In this document: piece after piece, positions 27,998 to 37,839 of the stretch
Numbering within the stretch: position 1 is the first letter of the stretch
Layout of the letters: each line of letters starts with the position of its first letter
Origin: Candidatus Micrarchaeota archaeon
GTDB lineage: Archaea > Micrarchaeota > Micrarchaeia > Anstonellales > Anstonellaceae
Assembly: GCA_018304295.1 (NCBI GenBank)
Contig: JAGVWK010000008.1
Span: 1-50,513, forward strand
Length of the DNA: 50,513 nt
Reading direction: 5' to 3'
Position numbers and translations under genes: made by a program
Notes under the pieces: generated by a model
What the model saw: only the letters and a program-made list of their open reading frames with translations
What the model was told of the DNA's origin: nothing
The model's database searches: none

Positions 27998-30127
27998 TCA
28001 TATTTTTTCGCCTTCCATTTGCGCAACATGCTGCACGTCCTTGTCCCCCCTGCCTGACAAATTCACAATCACAACCGGCATTTTTCCTGCACCCTTCGTA
28101 GTACTCCCCACGCCACCCAATCCGCTTGCGCCAAGCGCAGTGCGTGCCCCACCATCCAATCCACCTTCTCCAAGCGCAGCCTCTGCAGCAAGCGCACCTT
28201 CCCTTAATTCTTTTGCAAGCTTGGGCAAATATGCGATTGCATGCGCGCTCTCAAGCGCTGGTATTATTCCCTCCATTCTTGCAAGCAAATGAAACGCCTC
28301 AAGCGCTTCCTTATCCTCAACGCAAACATATTGCGCCCTTTTTAGCGCATAAAGGTGCGCATGCTGGGGCCCTATTGCAGGATAATCAAGGCCAGCGGAT
28401 ACAGAGTGCGTTTCCCTTATCTGCCCATCGGCATTCTCAAGCACATAAGTGAGCGTCCCGTGCAGCACTCCCAATTTTGCATCCCCGCTTATGCGCGCCG
28501 CATGTTTTCCGGTTTGCACCCCCTCCCCGGCAGCTTCCACTCCGACCATTTTCACGCCCTCATCCTGTAAAAACGCGCCAAAAAGCCCTATCGCATTGCT
28601 GCCTCCCCCGACGCACGCAAGCAGGCAGTCCGGCAGCCTTCCCTCATCCGTAAGTATCTGCTCGCGAGCCTCCTTCCCTATCACGGATTGGAAATGCGCA
28701 ACAATGGACGGGTAGGGATGCGGCCCAAGCGCAGAGCCAAGTATGTAATGCGTATCCGCAAAATTCGTTGCATAGTCCCTTAGCGCCTCATTCACCGCAT
28801 CCTTTAGCGTGCGGCTTCCTGCCTCCACTATGCGCACATTCGCGCCCAGCATCTCCATCCTATAAACATTAAGCTTCTGCCTTTTCGCATCCTCGCTTCC
28901 CATGTAAACGTCGCATTGGAGCCCAAGCAGCGCGGCAGCAGTCGCAGTCGCAACCCCGTGCTGCCCTGCCCCTGTTTCCGCAATCACCCGTTTCTTTCCC
29001 ATGTATTTTGCAAGAAGCGCCTGCCCTATCGCATTGTTTATCTTGTGCGCGCCGGTGTGCAGCAAATCCTCGCGCTTAAGGTAAATCCTCATTCCTAATT
29101 TTTCGCTTAAATTCCCTGCAAAATAAAGCGGCGTTGGCCTGCCGGCATATTTTGACAAGTAGTGCGAAAGCTGCTTGTTGAACTTTCCGTCTTTTTTTGC
29201 ATCCTCAAACGCTTTTTCCAGCTCTTGCAGCACAGGCACAAGAAGCTCGGAAACATAGGTGCCTCCGAACTTCCCGAACCTTCCGGAACTTGATGCCATG
29301 CATCCGATTTTTTCCCCCGGCGCCCCGGCATCTTTGCTGCCACCTACTGCCTCTGTTTTTGCCGCAGTCGCCCCTTTGAGCTCAAGGATTTTCTTTTTCA
29401 AATCCTGCGCAGTCCATATTGCAGTGCCCACAAGTATCCCGCTTGCCCCAGTTTCCCTAAGAAATTGCACGTCCTCTTTGCCCCTCACGCCGCTTTCGCT
29501 TACAAGCGGCTTTGCAATGTTTGGGAATTTTTCCATTATTTTCTGCGTGCGCCGCAAATCCACTTTCAGGGTTTGCAAGTCCCTGTTGTTTATGCCCACA
29601 ATGTCCGCGTCCGTTTGCAGCGCGCGCTTCATTTCCCCCTCATCATAGCATTCAAGGAGCACCTCAAGCCCAAGTGAGTGCGCACGTGCAATGAATTTGC
29701 GCACGTCAAGCTTTTCCCTCTCCAGCACGCGCATCACAAGAAGCATGCAGTCCGCGCCGCTTGCCGCGGCCGCCTGCACCTGCCTCTCATCAAGCACAAA
29801 ATCCTTGAAAAGGACCGGCAAGCCGGTTTTTTTTGCAATTGCAACGTTCCCCAAGTCCCCCTTGAATATTCTCGGCTCAACAACAACTGAAATCGCATCC
29901 GCGCCGCACTCCAAAAATTCCCCGGCAGCCTGTCCAACGTCAATCCCGCGCATCTCATATTCCCCTGCAGGGGATGCGTGCTTTATTTCGCAAATAAGGC
30001 AGAATTTTCCGCCTGTTAATTTTTCCTTCAACGAACTCCGCTTCACATTTTCCGCTTTTGCCCCTTCGTAGTAGCCCGCCCGCACATTCTCTTTTGCCTG
30101 CGCAATGAATTTGTCAAGAATGTCCAT
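27998..30127 (-). CDS. trpB: Indole-3-glycerol phosphate synthase fused to tryptophan synthase beta (TrpC-TrpB)
   Basis: EIKHASP, FKDF, GINNRDL, ESG, then [36 protein letters not shown] in one frame. Confidence 0.93.
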   Translation of the reverse strand: MDILDKFIAQAKENVRAGYYEGAKAENVKRSSLKEKLTGGKFCLICEIKHASPAGEYEMRGIDVGQAAGEFLECGADAISVVVEPRIFKGDLGNVAIAKKTGLPVLFKDFVLDERQVQAAAASGADCMLLVMRVLEREKLDVRKFIARAHSLGLEVLLECYDEGEMKRALQTDADIVGINNRDLQTLKVDLRRTQKIMEKFPNIAKPLVSESGVRGKEDVQFLRETGASGILVGTAIWTAQDLKKKILELKGATAAKTEAVGGSKDAGAPGEKIGCMASSSGRFGKFGGTYVSELLVPVLQELEKAFEDAKKDGKFNKQLSHYLSKYAGRPTPLYFAGNLSEKLGMRIYLKREDLLHTGAHKINNAIGQALLAKYMGKKRVIAETGAGQHGVATATAAALLGLQCDVYMGSEDAKRQKLNVYRMEMLGANVRIVEAGSRTLKDAVNEALRDYATNFADTHYILGSALGPHPYPSIVAHFQSVIGKEAREQILTDEGRLPDCLLACVGGGSNAIGLFGAFLQDEGVKMVGVEAAGEGVQTGKHAARISGDAKLGVLHGTLTYVLENADGQIRETHSVSAGLDYPAIGPQHAHLYALKRAQYVCVEDKEALEAFHLLARMEGIIPALESAHAIAYLPKLAKELREGALAAEAALGEGGLDGGARTALGASGLGGVGSTTKGAGKMPVVIVNLSGRGDKDVQHVAQMEGEKI

Positions 30128-31193
30128 TGTAACCACGCAACTGCTCCAGCTTTTGCATTGCTTTTCCCTCATCAATTGATTTTGCCGCAAGCTCCACTCC
30201 CTGTTTTAAGCTTGCAGCAATCCCGCTTGCATAAATTGCGCCAGCCGCATTGAGCAGCACAACGTCCCGCGCAGCGCGTTCCATTCGGGCTTGCCCCTCC
30301 GCCTGCCCAACAGCCGCTTTTTCCGCATTTGCACCCTCTTTCCTGCCGCCTTTCCCTTCAAGCACGCCAAGAATGATTTTCGCGCTCTCTTGCTTTCCGC
30401 TTGCCCTTATCTGTGCAAGCGAGCTTCTTTGAATCCCGAAATCTTCTGGAACAATTTCGTTTTTTTCAATGCCTTTTCCGCTTGCTTCACAAATTACCGT
30501 GGGCGCGCTTGCTGAAATCTCGTCCATATCCGAGCACACGACAAGCGCCTTTTGCGTCCCAAGCTTTTGCAGCGCAAGCGCAATTTTTTCAACAAGCGCC
30601 TTTTCGTACACCCCGACAACCTGCCTTTTTGCGCCCGCAGGGTTTGTGAGGGGCCCAAGCACATTAAAAACAGTCTTGAAGCCCAACTCCCTTCTCACCT
30701 GCGCAACCGCTTTCATTGCAGGGTGATAAAGGGGCGCAAAAAGGAAAGTTATGCCAATCTCTCCAAGCTGTGCCTGCGCCTGTTTTGCATCAACGCTTAT
30801 TTTCACCCCAAGCTCCTCAAGCACGTCCGCGCTTCCGCTTTTGCTTGAGGCAGCCTTATTGCCGTGCTTTGCAACCCTTGCCCCCACCCCTGCCGCAACT
30901 ATTGCGGCGGCAGTTGAAATATTGAAAGTGCCGCTCCCATCCCCGCCAGTGCCCGCCGTATCCACCAAATTCTCCAAGCTTGTTTCCACCCTCACCGCCC
31001 TGCCCCTCATCACATTTGCAAACGCAACAATCTCCTCAACCGTTTCCCCCTTTGCGGCAAGCAGCGCAAGAAACGCGGCAATCTGCGAAGGGTTAACCTG
31101 CCCGTCCATTATCGCATTGAGCGCGTCCGCTGCCTCATGCCCGGATAAATCCCTCGCCTCTATGAGTTTTTTCAAAATTCCGTCAAATTCCAT
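30114..31193 (-). CDS. trpD: Anthranilate phosphoribosyltransferase
   Basis: [32 protein letters not shown]. Confidence 0.96.
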   Translation of the reverse strand: MEFDGILKKLIEARDLSGHEAADALNAIMDGQVNPSQIAAFLALLAAKGETVEEIVAFANVMRGRAVRVETSLENLVDTAGTGGDGSGTFNISTAAAIVAAGVGARVAKHGNKAASSKSGSADVLEELGVKISVDAKQAQAQLGEIGITFLFAPLYHPAMKAVAQVRRELGFKTVFNVLGPLTNPAGAKRQVVGVYEKALVEKIALALQKLGTQKALVVCSDMDEISASAPTVICEASGKGIEKNEIVPEDFGIQRSSLAQIRASGKQESAKIILGVLEGKGGRKEGANAEKAAVGQAEGQARMERAARDVVLLNAAGAIYASGIAASLKQGVELAAKSIDEGKAMQKLEQLRGYNGHS

Positions 31194-31222
31194 ATAGTTC
31201 GCCCGTTCATCCTTTTCCGCCA

Positions 31223-31440
31223 ATTTTGCAGAAATTTTCCAACATCAGCTTCCCATCCCATAAGGGGCGCAGGCTGACCGAACCCGCCCCTTGAGGGTTT
31301 CAACCCAATTCCGGCGCACAAGTCTCAGCTATGGGAACTTATGCAACCTCTCAGTCCCTCTGAGGGTTTCACTCCCTCTTCATTTCCCTCTCCACAATCC
31401 TGCTATTTTGCAGAAATTTTCCAACATCAGCTTCCCATCC
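31223..31440. repeat. Exact 36-bp direct repeat of the trpG 3' end (31223-31258, 31405-31440) flanking 146 bp with palindromes
   Basis: ATTTTGCAGAAATTTTCCAACATCAGCTTCCCATCC occurs twice. Confidence 0.9.
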
Positions 31441-31976
31441 TGCGCCATTATGGATTCGGGATGGAACTGCACCCCGAAAATGGGGTATTGCCTGTGGCGC
31501 AGCGCCATTATCTCCCCCTCATTGCTCGTTGCGCATATTTGCAGGCATGAAGGGAAACTTTCCTCCTGCACTATGAGCGAATGGTAGCGCATCACCCGCA
31601 GCGGGTTTGCAACGCCCTCAAATATCCCCTCTCCATTGTGCCGCACAATGCTTGTTTTGCCGTGCATCGGGTTTTTTGCGCGCACCACCTTTCCCCCAAA
31701 AACAAGCGCAATGCCTTGGTGCCCAAGGCACACCCCCAAAAGGGGCGTATTTTTCCCAAGCTCTTCTATCGCCTTTGCGCACACCCCAAAATCCTTTTCA
31801 TTTTCAGGCGCGCCGGGCCCGGGAGAAATCACTATCGCATCATATTTTTCGCGCGCAATCCCTTCAACAGAAATTTCATCGTTCCGTTTCACCTGCACAG
31901 TGTGCCCGAGGCTTCCAATCGCCTGATACAAATTGTACGTGAAAGAGTCAAAATTGTCTATTAGCAATATTCTCAT
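31380..31976 (-). CDS. trpG: Anthranilate synthase component II
   Basis: IDNFDSFTYNL, SPGPG, GVCLGHQ, QFHPES. Confidence 0.96.
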   Translation of the reverse strand: MRILLIDNFDSFTYNLYQAIGSLGHTVQVKRNDEISVEGIAREKYDAIVISPGPGAPENEKDFGVCAKAIEELGKNTPLLGVCLGHQGIALVFGGKVVRAKNPMHGKTSIVRHNGEGIFEGVANPLRVMRYHSLIVQEESFPSCLQICATSNEGEIMALRHRQYPIFGVQFHPESIMAQDGKLMLENFCKIAGLWRGK

Positions 31977-33475
31977 TGCCTCGCCCCCCCGTTTACCGCC
32001 CTTTCGTACTTCTCATCCCCGAGCGCGTTAAGAAGCGCCCTTGCCTTGTTTTCGCTTTCCTCGTATTCCTTTTGCGCAACGCTGTCATGCACAATGCCTG
32101 CGCCGCTTTGCACGTATGCCTTTCCCCTGCTTGCAAAAAGCGTGCGTATGGTTATTGCAAAATCCGCATTCCCGTTGCTTGAGAAATATCCAACCGCGCC
32201 CGCATAAGGCCCCCGCGCGGTTCCTTCAATCTCACCTATTATTTCCATTGCGCGCTTTTTTGGCGCACCGCTCACGGTGCCTGCGGGGAATATCGCCTCA
32301 AAGGTGTCAAAGCAGTCCTTCCCCTGCGCAAGATCTCCTTCCACAAGAGACGCAATGTGCTGCACGTGCGAATACTTGTGCACCTCCATGAACTTCTGCA
32401 CTTTTACGCTTCCAACCGCGGCGACTTTCCCAACGTCGTTTCGCGTCAAATCCACAAGCATCAAGTGCTCTGCCCTTTCTTTTTCATCGGCAAGAAGCTC
32501 CTTTTCAAGCGCCTCATCCTCTGCGGGCGTTTTCCCCCTTGCCCTTGTGCCCGCAAGGGTCGCATAGCTGGTTATTTTGTTTCCCTCCACTCTCACAAGG
32601 TTCTCAGGGCTTGAGCCTATCACTTCCCGCTCCCCGAATTTCACGTAAAACATGTAGGGGGAGGGGTTTGTTGCCTTTAATTTGCGGTAAAACGGCAGCA
32701 GGCTGCCCGAATATTTTATCTCATGCCTTTTTGAAAGCACGATTTGGAACGCATCCCCGGCGCTTATGTATTCTTTTGCCTTTTGCACGTTCTGGATGAA
32801 TTTTTCCCGCCCCACGTTGCATTTTTTGTTGTACATCTGAAAATTCTGGCTTTCAAAGCTTGAGCCTTTCACAAAGCTCATTATTTCCTCAAGCCGCGAT
32901 TCCCCCCTGTGCACGTATCTTATGGAATTTGAAAGGTGGTCGTACACCATTGCATCCTCAAAAATCCCAAACTCAAAATCAGGGAACCCAAGCTCGTCCT
33001 TTACTGCCGGCAGGTTCTCTATGTGGCGCGCATACTCAAAGGAAAAATACCCGACAGCCCCTCCAACAAATCCCGCAGCCTGCCACGTATCAGTTGCGCC
33101 CGCCCCGCTTCCAGCGCCCGCGCCCGCCCGCCTTGCATCCCCTGCTCCTCTTGCATGGTCTTTTGCTTCAAAGCCCGCGCTTCCAATCCCGCCGCCGGTC
33201 CCAAAGCCCGCGCCCCTTCCCATTCCAATTTCGGCTTTGAGCTGCTGCAAGGGCTTTTTTGCCACCTGCCTTTCCCCGTTTACCTCAAAAATCCCGTTCT
33301 TTAGGACAATGTGCTTTTTTGGGGAAAACCCAAGAAAGGAAAAGCGCGCAAGCTTGCGCGGGCCCTCTGCGCTCTCAAGAAGGAACGCATTTTGCGCATG
33401 CTCGCACAAAACGCAATACATGTCCAATGGCGATATCTGCAGCTCCAGCTCCTGCGAATGCATGCCAACGTACAT
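31973..33475 (-). CDS. trpE: Anthranilate synthase component I (start 33475 or 33463)
   Basis: LLESA, NPSPYM, GSSPE, EHLMLVDL, FPAGTVSGAPK. Confidence 0.95.
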   Translation of the reverse strand: MYVGMHSQELELQISPLDMYCVLCEHAQNAFLLESAEGPRKLARFSFLGFSPKKHIVLKNGIFEVNGERQVAKKPLQQLKAEIGMGRGAGFGTGGGIGSAGFEAKDHARGAGDARRAGAGAGSGAGATDTWQAAGFVGGAVGYFSFEYARHIENLPAVKDELGFPDFEFGIFEDAMVYDHLSNSIRYVHRGESRLEEIMSFVKGSSFESQNFQMYNKKCNVGREKFIQNVQKAKEYISAGDAFQIVLSKRHEIKYSGSLLPFYRKLKATNPSPYMFYVKFGEREVIGSSPENLVRVEGNKITSYATLAGTRARGKTPAEDEALEKELLADEKERAEHLMLVDLTRNDVGKVAAVGSVKVQKFMEVHKYSHVQHIASLVEGDLAQGKDCFDTFEAIFPAGTVSGAPKKRAMEIIGEIEGTARGPYAGAVGYFSSNGNADFAITIRTLFASRGKAYVQSGAGIVHDSVAQKEYEESENKARALLNALGDEKYERAVNGGARQ

Positions 33476-33570
33476 CCCTTTCCTTGCTTTCCATTTTAGC
33501 ACCCCGCGTAATCTTTAGTGCTATTCTTGCATGCCTGTATATATTTAAACCTTTATGCATAAAAGTATGC

Positions 33571-34071
33571 ATGCTTAAGCTGCTTGAAGACTTTTTTGCG
33601 CGCGCGCACGGCAGGAAAATAGTCGCTGCTGAAATGCTGCGCCTTGGGATGCGCGTGGACCCCAATGGCAGGATATACTTTGGCAGCATAGAGACTCCCC
33701 CGGCAAAAATAGCCCGTGCCTTGGGAATAGACAGGCGCGTTGTGATAGAAACAGCCAAAGACATAGCGGAGGATGCGCGGCTTTTGCAGATATTTTCCCG
33801 CCTGCAGCCGCGCGCCTTTATCGCGGACGCCGCCAAAAGCCTTGGCTGCGACGCAATAATAATACGCGCAGAGGCAAAAAAGAAGGACATAGTGTATTCC
33901 GTAACAAAAGTGCTCTCCCAAGAGCGCGTCCTTATCCGCCAAATCGTTACCGACGACCCCTACATATACCCGGACCCGGTGCTCACGATAATAATTGACG
34001 GGCATCTTCGGCCGCAAGTGATAAAGAAGCTGCGCGAGCTTTCCTTTGCAGACAGCATCACCATAAAATAG
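33571..34071 (+). CDS. trpY: TrpY-family HTH-ACT regulator
   Basis: KIARALGIDRRVV HTH, IRQIVTDDP ACT; divergent from trpE as in Methanothermobacter. Confidence 0.85.
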   Translation: MLKLLEDFFARAHGRKIVAAEMLRLGMRVDPNGRIYFGSIETPPAKIARALGIDRRVVIETAKDIAEDARLLQIFSRLQPRAFIADAAKSLGCDAIIIRAEAKKKDIVYSVTKVLSQERVLIRQIVTDDPYIYPDPVLTIIIDGHLRPQVIKKLRELSFADSITIK

Positions 34072-34230
34072 CGCCCCTTCGCCTTTTTTCCAACCTTCCC
34101 GCTTTCCGACGCCCATTCTGTGTTATTTCGTATTTTTTCATTACTTTTCCTGATATATCTATATAAACAACCTATCCACATATTCCCATGCATATGAAAA
34201 ACTACTTCTAAACAACAATAAGGTGATATT

Positions 34231-34734
34231 TTGGACGAAAAAATACTTTCAATTGTAAGCGCGAAACTGAAAAAATGGGAAGGCATTCCGATAAGCGAGG
34301 ACAAGCTCAAGGAAATACGCGACGAGGTTTACAAGCGCACAAAAAGCAACAAGTTTGCGCCCTTTTCCAACATAAAGAAATGGGTAAAGCACGCCCGCAT
34401 TGAGCTTAAGCGCGCGCAAAAGCCGGCCGCAAAAGCCCATCCGGTTATAAGGGCAAAAAAGGCGGAGCGCATGCAGGAAGAGCCACTGCGCGCAGCACCC
34501 GTGCAGGTGCCTGAGTTTTCCAAGGCGGTTGAGGCTTCCGTGAACGAGCTTAAGCTTTCCACGCAGCCGCATTTGCAGGAAGTGCCCCTTCCAAAGCCCA
34601 CAATAGTGTTTGACAAGGTGTATTTGCAAAGCATAAAGCACGAGATTGCAGGCATACGCCAAGTGATGGAGCGCGTGTCGCGCCAGCTTGACAAGCTTGA
34701 GCACGAGCTCTCTTCGCACCGCCCGGACGACTAA
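34231..34734 (+). CDS. Hypothetical protein with C-terminal coiled coil
   Basis: AGGTGAT SD before a TTG start. Confidence 0.7.
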   Translation: MDEKILSIVSAKLKKWEGIPISEDKLKEIRDEVYKRTKSNKFAPFSNIKKWVKHARIELKRAQKPAAKAHPVIRAKKAERMQEEPLRAAPVQVPEFSKAVEASVNELKLSTQPHLQEVPLPKPTIVFDKVYLQSIKHEIAGIRQVMERVSRQLDKLEHELSSHRPDD

Positions 34735-34747
34735 AAAGCCTGATTGC

Positions 34748-35953
34748 ATGCAAAAGGAACTTTTCCTTTATGCGCTGCACGGCCTCATGCAGCGGTCCCT
34801 TCGCTCCTACCTTACGATACTCGGAGTAGTTATAGGGATTTTTTCCGTATTCATACTTGTTTCAATAGGCCAAGGGGTAACTGCAAGCGTGAACTCCGAG
34901 CTTGAGGCATTTGGCTCAAGCACGATAGTGGTTTCCCCCGGCTCGCTCATGGCCGCAAGCCCCGGCCCCAACGCCCCTCCGATGAGCGGCAGGTTTTTCC
35001 TTAAGGATTTGCGCCTGCTTGAGCGCGTGGACGGCATAGATTTTCTCACCCCATACCTCTATGGGAGGATAGGGATGGAATACAAGGGCGAGCAGCTTTC
35101 CGCAACAGTGCTTGGAATAGAAGCAACAAACTTCCAGCGCGCAGTTTCCACTTTGGAAATAGAGGATGGACGGTTCATCCGCGAGGGCGACAGGCAGGTG
35201 CTTGTGATAGGCAGCAAAATTGCAACCGAATATTTCAATGATGACCTTTACGTGAACAGCGTTGTTGACATCGGCGGGAAAAAATACCGCATAGCAGGCA
35301 TCATGAAGGCAACGGGCGGAACCCTTGACGACACCGACACAAGCATTTACGCGCCCATTGAGGATGTGCGCGAGGTGCTCGGCAGCCTTCTTGCGCGCGA
35401 CGAGATACACGGGATGTACATAATAACAAAAGAAGGGTATGATGTTGAAGAAGTGGCAGAGGACATAAAATTCACGCTGCGCTCTCAGCGGGGGCTGCTT
35501 GAGGGCGAAGAGGATTTCACAATGGTTACTCCTGCATTCATAAGCGAGCAGGTGGGCATAATAACCGGCCTTCTCACCGCCTTTCTTGGCGGAATAGCCG
35601 CAATTTCCCTTCTTGTGGGCAGCGTTACGATTGCAAACACGATGTTCATGTCGGTTCTTGAACGCTACAGCGAGATTGGCGTGCTCAAGGCAATAGGCGC
35701 AAAGCAGGGCGACATACTTAAGATTTTCATTTTTGAAAGCGCAATAATAGGCTTGGCGGGAGGGGCAATAGGCATCCTTATAGGGATTATGGTTGCGCAG
35801 GTGCTATCCCTTTTTGCGGTTCCGGTTTCAATCAGCATGGAGCTTGCGGCTTTCTGCCTTTTCTTCTCCCTTGTGATAGGGGTCGTTGCAGGGTATTTCC
35901 CTGCTAAAAATGCAGCGCAAATGGTTCCTGTTGAAGCGCTTCGCACGGAGTGA
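34748..35953 (+). CDS. MacB/FtsX-type ABC transporter permease
   Basis: RSYLTILGVVIGI, SVLERYSEIGVLKAIGA, PVEALR. Confidence 0.93.
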   Translation: MQKELFLYALHGLMQRSLRSYLTILGVVIGIFSVFILVSIGQGVTASVNSELEAFGSSTIVVSPGSLMAASPGPNAPPMSGRFFLKDLRLLERVDGIDFLTPYLYGRIGMEYKGEQLSATVLGIEATNFQRAVSTLEIEDGRFIREGDRQVLVIGSKIATEYFNDDLYVNSVVDIGGKKYRIAGIMKATGGTLDDTDTSIYAPIEDVREVLGSLLARDEIHGMYIITKEGYDVEEVAEDIKFTLRSQRGLLEGEEDFTMVTPAFISEQVGIITGLLTAFLGGIAAISLLVGSVTIANTMFMSVLERYSEIGVLKAIGAKQGDILKIFIFESAIIGLAGGAIGILIGIMVAQVLSLFAVPVSISMELAAFCLFFSLVIGVVAGYFPAKNAAQMVPVEALRTE

Positions 35954-35957
35954 TAAG

Positions 35958-36728
35958 ATGCATTTTTTCCTTCCAACAGCCTCTTTTTTGATAGGGCTTC
36001 TTGCGGGCTTTGCAGGCGGTATTTTTGGCATAGGCGGCGCAGCCCTCACGCTCCCGCTCTTTCACGTGGTGCTTGGGCTTGGCGGAAACGTTGCAATCGC
36101 AACAGCGCTCCCCCTCACAATACCTACGGCGCTTTCAGGCGCATGGACATATTTGCGCCACGGGCTGCTCAAAAAAAGGACAATACTTGTGTGCGCCATA
36201 GCAGGCTCGCTTTTTTCCATTTTGGGCGCGCTTTTCACGGGCATGTTCTCAAGCCTTGCGCTCATGCTTGCAACCGGCTTTCTTTTTGTGTTCCTTGCCT
36301 TTGCAATACGCTCGCAAAAGCCGCTTCCCAAAATTGAAAAAGTGTGCACTTTGCGCGAAAAAGTCGCAAGGACGGCCGGCATAGGCGCAATTTCAGGCTT
36401 CATATCCGGCTTTTTTGGCATAGGCGGCGGCCCCATACTTGTGCCCCTTCTTGCATATGCGCGCCAAATTCCGCTCAAAAAGGCAATCCCCTGCTCGCTT
36501 GCAATAATAGGGATTTATGCAATCCCCGGCTCCATCGCCCACTACTTCCTTGGCAACATAGACCTTGCGGTTTTCGTGCCTGCCGCATTTGGCACAATAA
36601 TTGGCGCGCAGATTGGCGCGCGCATGTCCATTGGGATAAAAGAGGCAAGGATGAAGCGCCTTTTCTCGCTGCTTCTCTTTTTGCTTGGCGCAACCCTCAT
36701 AATAAACGAGCTATTGCACCTGCTGTAA
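35958..36728 (+). CDS. TauE/SafE (TSUP) family transporter
   Basis: Duplicated GxFGIGG motif; multiple transmembrane segments. Confidence 0.9.
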   Translation: MHFFLPTASFLIGLLAGFAGGIFGIGGAALTLPLFHVVLGLGGNVAIATALPLTIPTALSGAWTYLRHGLLKKRTILVCAIAGSLFSILGALFTGMFSSLALMLATGFLFVFLAFAIRSQKPLPKIEKVCTLREKVARTAGIGAISGFISGFFGIGGGPILVPLLAYARQIPLKKAIPCSLAIIGIYAIPGSIAHYFLGNIDLAVFVPAAFGTIIGAQIGARMSIGIKEARMKRLFSLLLFLLGATLIINELLHLL

Positions 36729-36875
36729 AGCGCGCACGGCAAAACACGTGCAACCGTGCAACGCATTCTGCGCAACCGGCTTTTGGGCGAAACTGCAGAA
36801 GGGAATTACGAAATCGCAGTTTGTAATAATAACCAATATTAACTTTACACCAATTAATATACCATGGCAGGGGAA

Positions 36876-37247
36876 ATGGCCCAAGAGGTTCCGTCCACTC
36901 CAATTGATTCCTCACCTTTTTTTCAGGAAAATTTGGAGGTCTATTCCGTTACAGTAGCAGACAGGACACACGGAGGGAAAGTTTTTATTGTCATTATCGG
37001 ATTTGAGCAGAAGTCTCTTGATTCTCTGCTTCCCACAAAGGATGGCGAAACAAAAGAAGGGCAATTGACAGTTAACATAAAAGGCCTGACCCAGATAGCC
37101 CCTCAACCGGGCACGCCAAGGGAAATGAAAATGATTTTACACCTGAATGAACGGGAATGGTCATCTCTAAAAACAGCCATAAACGTAGGCGACAAGGTAA
37201 AATTGGAAATCAAAATGGGCGAATTGACCCTAAATAAAATTGGTTGA
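36876..37247 (+). CDS. Hypothetical protein, possible arcadin-1-like fold
   Basis: MILHLNEREWSSL...NVGDKVKLEI resembles the arcadin-1 C-terminus (recalled resemblance only). Confidence 0.5.
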   Translation: MAQEVPSTPIDSSPFFQENLEVYSVTVADRTHGGKVFIVIIGFEQKSLDSLLPTKDGETKEGQLTVNIKGLTQIAPQPGTPREMKMILHLNEREWSSLKTAINVGDKVKLEIKMGELTLNKIG

Positions 37248-37251
37248 TATT

Positions 37252-37530
37252 ATGGACATTAAAGTGCGAGTTACGAAAGATGGCGATTTATTGGTTATCT
37301 CAGCAGTGGATCTAAATATAACCACTCAAGGCCGCACCATGGAAGAAGCAAAGGCAAATCTAGTGGAAGCGATAACTTTGTGCCTAGAAGATTCCGATTG
37401 GAGAGAATCGCACAATATCCAATCGAAAGAAAAGACAGAATTTCGGTCAGAAGAAAAAATGCCGAATATCGATTGGGAATCCATATGCTTGGGAAAAAAT
37501 TACCGGACGTCTCTGGTTTTGCCGTCCTGA
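37252..37530 (+). CDS. HicB family antitoxin
   Basis: ITTQGRTMEEAKANLVEAI. Confidence 0.85.
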   Translation: MDIKVRVTKDGDLLVISAVDLNITTQGRTMEEAKANLVEAITLCLEDSDWRESHNIQSKEKTEFRSEEKMPNIDWESICLGKNYRTSLVLPS

Positions 37531-37724
37531 AGGCTTTTTGCAACAAAATGGGCTTTGCCGAAAAGAGCAGACGTGGCAGCCATGTTCTCATATGTGGCTC
37601 GCTAAATGGAAAAAAAGTCTGTTTTCCAGTACCTTTGCACGATCGTTTGTCTAAATACACACTTGTTGCAATAATACGGGAATCGGGTTTGACCAGAGCG
37701 GAATTTCTGGAGTTATTTAAATAA
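37485..37724 (+). CDS. HicA family toxin
   Basis: RRGSH...VPLH...TLVAIIRESGLTRAEF. Confidence 0.85.
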   Translation: MLGKKLPDVSGFAVLKAFCNKMGFAEKSRRGSHVLICGSLNGKKVCFPVPLHDRLSKYTLVAIIRESGLTRAEFLELFK

Positions 37725-37839
37725 ACAGGGGCTTGTGAAATTCATTTTACCACAGAAACAGCACCTCTTGCGCGTTATGCGCCCTGCTTTTATATTTTTC
37801 TTCCGATTTCCATTTGCGACCAATATGCTGCTGCCCAAC

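Noticed and set aside
17835-33518. Numerous long plus-strand ORFs across the aro/trp cluster
   Set aside because: Antisense shadows of well-supported genes with no protein motifs.
33465-33545. TrpY TRP boxes (TGTACA)
   Set aside because: Only single-mismatch matches (CGTACA, TGTATA); too weak to call.
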